Shown one piece after another: positions 62,469 through 64,000 of a DNA stretch of 64,000 nt. The notes below the pieces were generated by a model. That model saw only the letters and a list, made by a program, of their open reading frames with translations. It was not told where the DNA came from and searched no databases. Position numbers and translations under genes: made by a program. Source of the DNA: an uncultured Opitutales bacterium (GTDB taxonomy: Bacteria > Verrucomicrobiota > Verrucomicrobiia > Opitutales > JABDGR01). Each line of letters begins with the position of its first letter. Positions within the stretch are counted from its first letter, which is position 1. The stretch is from assembly GCA_964562015.1 (NCBI GenBank), contig CAZLRH010000008.1, forward strand, positions 26,500-90,499, in the 5' to 3' direction.

Positions 62469-63308
62469 ATGCGTGAAAACCTCACCCCCGGGAAATTCAC
62501 CTGGTCCTGGCTGGCGTGGTTGCTGGCCAGACTACTGCTGGTTGCCTTTGGAGCATACTTTTTTGTCGAAAGTTTTATTTTTATCAGACCCCATGGCGTT
62601 TCGCCTGTCTTTTGGATCATTTTCCTGAGCCTGTTTTTTATGGCCACCACCATGGTGATTCGCAAGCGTCTGCCCTTTTTTGCCCAGCACACGCCGTTTC
62701 AACGGTGGCTTATCGCCGGAGCCTTTGCGGCTCTGGTTTGTTTCATCCAGTCGCTCCTCTTCGTCATTTATGTGCTCCAGTCCAATGCTCCCAAACTGGT
62801 GCGTTTTGCCGCTCCCGGCCAAGGCACCAACGAAGCATGGTTTGTGAATGAGGAGGATGGCCCCTATGGCCTTTACCTTTTCGTCAAACACGAGGGGCAA
62901 AGAGAACAAATTCTCGCCGACCTTGGATTTCTTGAGGTCAGCTCTTTCCATCAGGCCCAATGGACCAAGGATGGCCAGATGCTGGTTTGTTCCTTCATTT
63001 TTAAAGACAGCCAGCTTCCGCCCCTGAATGCAATGGCCTATGATTTTTCCACCCGTCATCTCTATGGCGTGGAATTCGAGCAGTATTTCAATTTTGTAGG
63101 CCGCAATACTTATCGCTTCGACGAGACGATAAGGGATATAGAATCCCTTTGGCAGAAACACGCGGCCGAGCTGCAAATGCTGATCGACGCCCACGGTGGC
63201 CTGAGCGGCCTCATCATGAGCAATGCGATGGTAAAAAACGATATGCAGCAGATCTGGTTCTGGCAACCTCCGGAAGACTGGTTCGAGCGATTCAGAATTG
63301 ATTTTTGA
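62469..63308 (+). CDS. Hypothetical membrane protein (low-GC islet)
   Basis: 279-aa ORF with four N-terminal hydrophobic helices followed by a soluble domain. Line 62581-62640 is 26/60 G+C. No recognised family. Confidence 0.5.
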   Translation: MRENLTPGKFTWSWLAWLLARLLLVAFGAYFFVESFIFIRPHGVSPVFWIIFLSLFFMATTMVIRKRLPFFAQHTPFQRWLIAGAFAALVCFIQSLLFVIYVLQSNAPKLVRFAAPGQGTNEAWFVNEEDGPYGLYLFVKHEGQREQILADLGFLEVSSFHQAQWTKDGQMLVCSFIFKDSQLPPLNAMAYDFSTRHLYGVEFEQYFNFVGRNTYRFDETIRDIESLWQKHAAELQMLIDAHGGLSGLIMSNAMVKNDMQQIWFWQPPEDWFERFRIDF

Positions 63309-63477
63309 AAATCGAGCGCCCGCACAGAGTCGGAAAAGGGAAGATTAGACCGCTCATCGACCCTAATCCTTACACATTTCGGTTCCTTAAATTATTTTGA
63401 ATTTCTGGGGGATGGACTGTGCGCGGATGGGCGAAGAGTGGTGGTCCTGATTTGTCTCAGCTCGAATTTCCGCGCTG

Positions 63478-63960
63478 CTAAAGAACGGCCGGATTGGCGG
63501 GCTTCACCAAACTTGCCTCGATTTCCGCGATGGCTTTTTCGTTGGCCGCGGAATTTTTCTGGAGCCGGCCCAGGCAGGTCTGCGCGAGGCGGTCAAACAT
63601 GGGATCAGGTGTGCCTGGGGGTTCACGCATCGCCTGCGCCCGGTGAAAAAGGTCCACCACCGCCGCATCCAGCGACGGGTCGGGCACGTTACCCAGGACT
63701 TCGATGAGGGAGATGTCTTCGGTGGCGGCCACGGGCGGATTCGAGCGAAAAGCCTTCAGCCAGCCGTAGGCATCAATCGTGCGCAAGGCTTCCGCGGCGC
63801 GATCCCATTGGGGTTGCGGATAGACCACGACGACATTGTCGCTCGCGCCGGGATAACTCGTGCGATGCACCAGCATATTTCTGGAAGTGGTCCAGCCGGC
63901 CGGCAAAGTGCCTGGGGCGTCGGTGGTCGGCGGCGTTTCCTGGGTCTGCCTTTTGATCAA
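63478..63960 (-). CDS. Hypothetical protein
   Basis: 160-aa ORF near the window edge with no recognisable motif. The true start is uncertain. Confidence 0.35.
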   Translation of the reverse strand: MIKRQTQETPPTTDAPGTLPAGWTTSRNMLVHRTSYPGASDNVVVVYPQPQWDRAAEALRTIDAYGWLKAFRSNPPVAATEDISLIEVLGNVPDPSLDAAVVDLFHRAQAMREPPGTPDPMFDRLAQTCLGRLQKNSAANEKAIAEIEASLVKPANPAVL

Positions 63961-64000
63961 TGCAGCGACGGTGTAGATAAACGCATTGCCCCATTGTTTT

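Overview
Gene-dense, high-GC bacterial chromosomal window. Hand-counted coding lines run about 65% G+C, with several 38-47% G+C islets. I call about 50 protein-coding genes and one tRNA-Ser(CGA). I found no rRNA, CRISPR array, IS/transposase, integrase or prophage. The gene content suggests a PVC-superphylum (Verrucomicrobiota/Planctomycetota-like) organism, but that is inference only. Main blocks, left to right: (1) an orphan ABC permease, tRNA-Ser, and a TetR + ABC1-kinase pair. (2) An esterase and an OprB-like porin. (3) A purine-catabolism cluster: GuaD-type guanine deaminase, the xanthine dehydrogenase FAD subunit, a fused 2Fe-2S + molybdopterin subunit, and a coupled membrane tandem-ABM protein. 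(4) A secreted tandem-repeat protein and a Tat-signal amidohydrolase. (5) An 18.5-kb, 11-gene, tightly coupled minus-strand cluster (34484 down to 15998). Its core is MoxR AAA+ / DUF58 / BatA_N-VWA. It also carries three tandem DUF4159 paralogs, a TPR-HExxH protein, a 1446-aa Q-rich/(GQ)n protein, a GATase1-like membrane protein and a C13-like protein. (6) A TPR lipoprotein with an M50 protease, and a DUF2442 gene with a decayed DUF4160 gene. (7) galE, a sigma-54 enhancer-binding response regulator, a second M50 protease and a CPA2 antiporter. (8) A xylose/hexuronate/pectin block: xylA, xylB, uxaC, SDR, kdgK, PL4-like lyase and an S1 protease. (9) purE-sanA-like-purK. The most unusual non-genic signal is a family of intergenic hairpin elements whose arms are made of 2-4 tandem 7-10-nt units. 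Two of them carry a GxxExxY (PD-(D/E)XK-like) ORF as the loop and exactly fill operon spacers (xylA|xylB and kdgK|SDR). Others are empty hairpins or solo arms. All family assignments come from motif recognition by eye and need HMM/BLAST confirmation.
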